64,000 bases of DNA from Sphagnum compactum (Eukaryota). The position numbers were made by a program, and so were the translations under genes. Shown here in pieces: positions 62,049 through 64,000 of the stretch. The stretch is taken from assembly GCA_965153455.1 (NCBI GenBank), contig OZ234493.1, positions 4,650,001 to 4,714,000 on the forward strand. Reading direction: 5' to 3'. How positions within the stretch are numbered: the stretch's first letter is position 1; every line of letters starts with the position of its first letter. The notes under the pieces were generated by a model, which made no database searches, was not told the origin of the DNA, and saw nothing but the letters and a program-made list of their open reading frames with translations.

Positions 62049-63685
62049 AGATGAACCACGACTAATTCATCAAGGTTCCACCTGGGTAACCTTTTGTTGG
62101 AACCCTTCTCCTTCTTCCCCCAACTACCGGGTTAACTACCATTGTTGGTCAGTTCCAGATCTGGTTATTGGTCTAGTTTCCAGTTACCTGGACCCTGGGT
62201 GCTGATTCCGAAAACTTGGAATTGGAACCAGACCTAGAACAAGCCTACTTTGGAACCCAAAACAGAACTAGGCTGTGGAGTCAGCCGCCTATTGGAACCT
62301 AGATTGAACTGGACCTGGGATTTAGCATAATGCAGGGAACCAAACTGAACCAGAGTTTGGCTGTAAATTTTTCAATACAAGTTTTAAATTTTTTATGTCA
62401 ATGAGTATTACTTTTTGTAGTTTCCAAGGCCAATATGGTAGTACCTTGGCAACTTCGGCACATGTATATTGATTTAATTGATGAATTTGAAAATTTATAT
62501 TTTCAACAATGTATTAGAATATTCCTGAAGATTCAATATTTTCTTTCACAAATTCTTTTTCTTTGTTTTTTTTTTTCCTGTGTGAAAATTTTGACACTTC
62601 TAAAAATAATTTGTTGAAGCTGCCATGGTATTATGGTATGTATTGCTTTAAAAAAAGGTTGTAGGTACATTGTCTTTTCCAATTAGGTGGTCACTTTGAG
62701 TTGGTCACATGACTATAATGATGTTATCTAGAGAAAAGGTGGGGTTCATCAACTATTTTATCTACTTTGGTAAAATAGGTTGTAAGACAAAAGAAAAAGG
62801 GAAGGGAGGAGAAACATCAATACAAATATACCCCATGTATTTCTTTATTGCAAAAATAAATCTAAGTCTAACAGATTTCCTTATGACTCAACAAGGAATA
62901 TTAATCTCATTACAAGTTTATTGAATTCTAAATGTTGTTTTGGAAATTTTCCCACCCAAGTCTACACATCTCCTTATGACTCCATCAACCTTCATGTCAT
63001 TAGCAGTTTATTGGATTCCAACTGTTGTTCAAGAATTTCCAAAGATCTCTTATATAATTCTTCTCATTACTCTACAAATCTTACATTGAATTTTTAATAT
63101 TTAGAACATGTCCATAATCTTGAAAGGATTAACATGGCATTATAATATTTCATGTCACAATCAATCTAGGTTATGTAAAGTCTTATCACCAAAACAACTT
63201 AATCATGAAACATGACCCCTTGCCAACCACAACCATATATGACAAGTAACCAAAATAATGCCTAAAAATAAGTTAGTAACTAACTTCGACCATAGATGGC
63301 AAGGGCCCAAAATAGCAACCAAAAACAAGTTCTTGGTGATCTACCTGACTAGCCTATCATAACCATAATTGGTTCATACTAAAATATTATTTCATCACAC
63401 ATCATATGGACAATATTCAATTACTTCATAAAAATTTATGTAGGTGGGTACAGGAGAAGGAATCTTCAATTATTAATTTATTTTTCCGCTGACTCACTTT
63501 AAATGTTAAAAAAATGCAATAGAGATAAAACTTTTTTAAAAAAAGGTGCCTTACAAATTATGGAAGGCACTCTGACAAGCTAGTGCAGGGTCTTACATGA
63601 AGAGCAAGGGCCTGCACCTGATTTTGCTCTAAAACAGTACTCCGCAAACAACACTTTAAAAGAATACTGGTTAGGAAATAGCTAA

Positions 63686-64000
63686 TCAGATTAGCGGGGT
63701 TGCGTATGGGACAGGAATACAACAAAGAAATGTCTCCTGTCCACAAATTATCCATCCTGCATGGTGTGATGGTGGGTGCTGGTTCACTCTGGCCCCTTAG
63801 AGTGAGTTTTCACTACGTACATTAATGTGCTGTGTAAGGGACAGCTGAGCTCATCAAAGTCCATCATAGGCTGAGCTTGAAAAATGTGAGATCAAGGGAA
63901 AGGCATTGGCAACTTTGACATTACTAGCTTGTTGTGCATTCTAAGACCTTCTTACCTTGCTTTTGTTGAGGTTGGTTCTGCCTTGGATCAACTCTAATAA
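63686..64000 (-). CDS. Possible 3' end of a minus-strand gene extending beyond the window
   Basis: Minus strand reads ...IRVDPRQNQPQQKQ G|GTAAG, a strong donor at 63955. Candidate acceptor CAG at 63757 gives a short terminal exon GWIICGQETFLCCIPVPYATPLI*. GC rises to genic level. No family recognised. Confidence 0.3.

Overview
Eukaryotic, AT-rich land-plant genomic DNA. Gene architecture and repeat landscape suggest a moss, possibly Sphagnum-like (inference only). Two intact spliced genes lie on the + strand: a 4-exon cellulose synthase-like D (CSLD) gene (6364-10958, ~1216 aa) and a 13-exon heparan-alpha-glucosaminide N-acetyltransferase (HGSNAT)-like gene (28358-33323, ~465 aa). The rest is mostly transposon debris: a decayed Ty1/copia pol carrying a nested 97-bp CACTA fold-back and a solo-LTR-like insert, a decayed DUF659/hAT transposase, a solo LTR with a perfect 5-bp TSD, several MITEs, an old long-inverted-repeat element, and a 5'-truncated CRE-like non-LTR retroposon. 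The most unusual object is an ~8.4-kb composite Helitron (35999-44426). It has a lightly inactivated Rep/PIF1-helicase gene flanked by ~0.9-1.2-kb inverted copies of a non-autonomous module. It also carries five copies of the Helitron 3' hairpin-CTAG terminus, the outermost two facing outward as pseudo-TIRs, an inverted copy of its own RepHel start, and a captured adenylate-kinase P-loop exon with its splice acceptor just upstream of RepHel. All calls come from reading the sequence by eye; no database searches were run.
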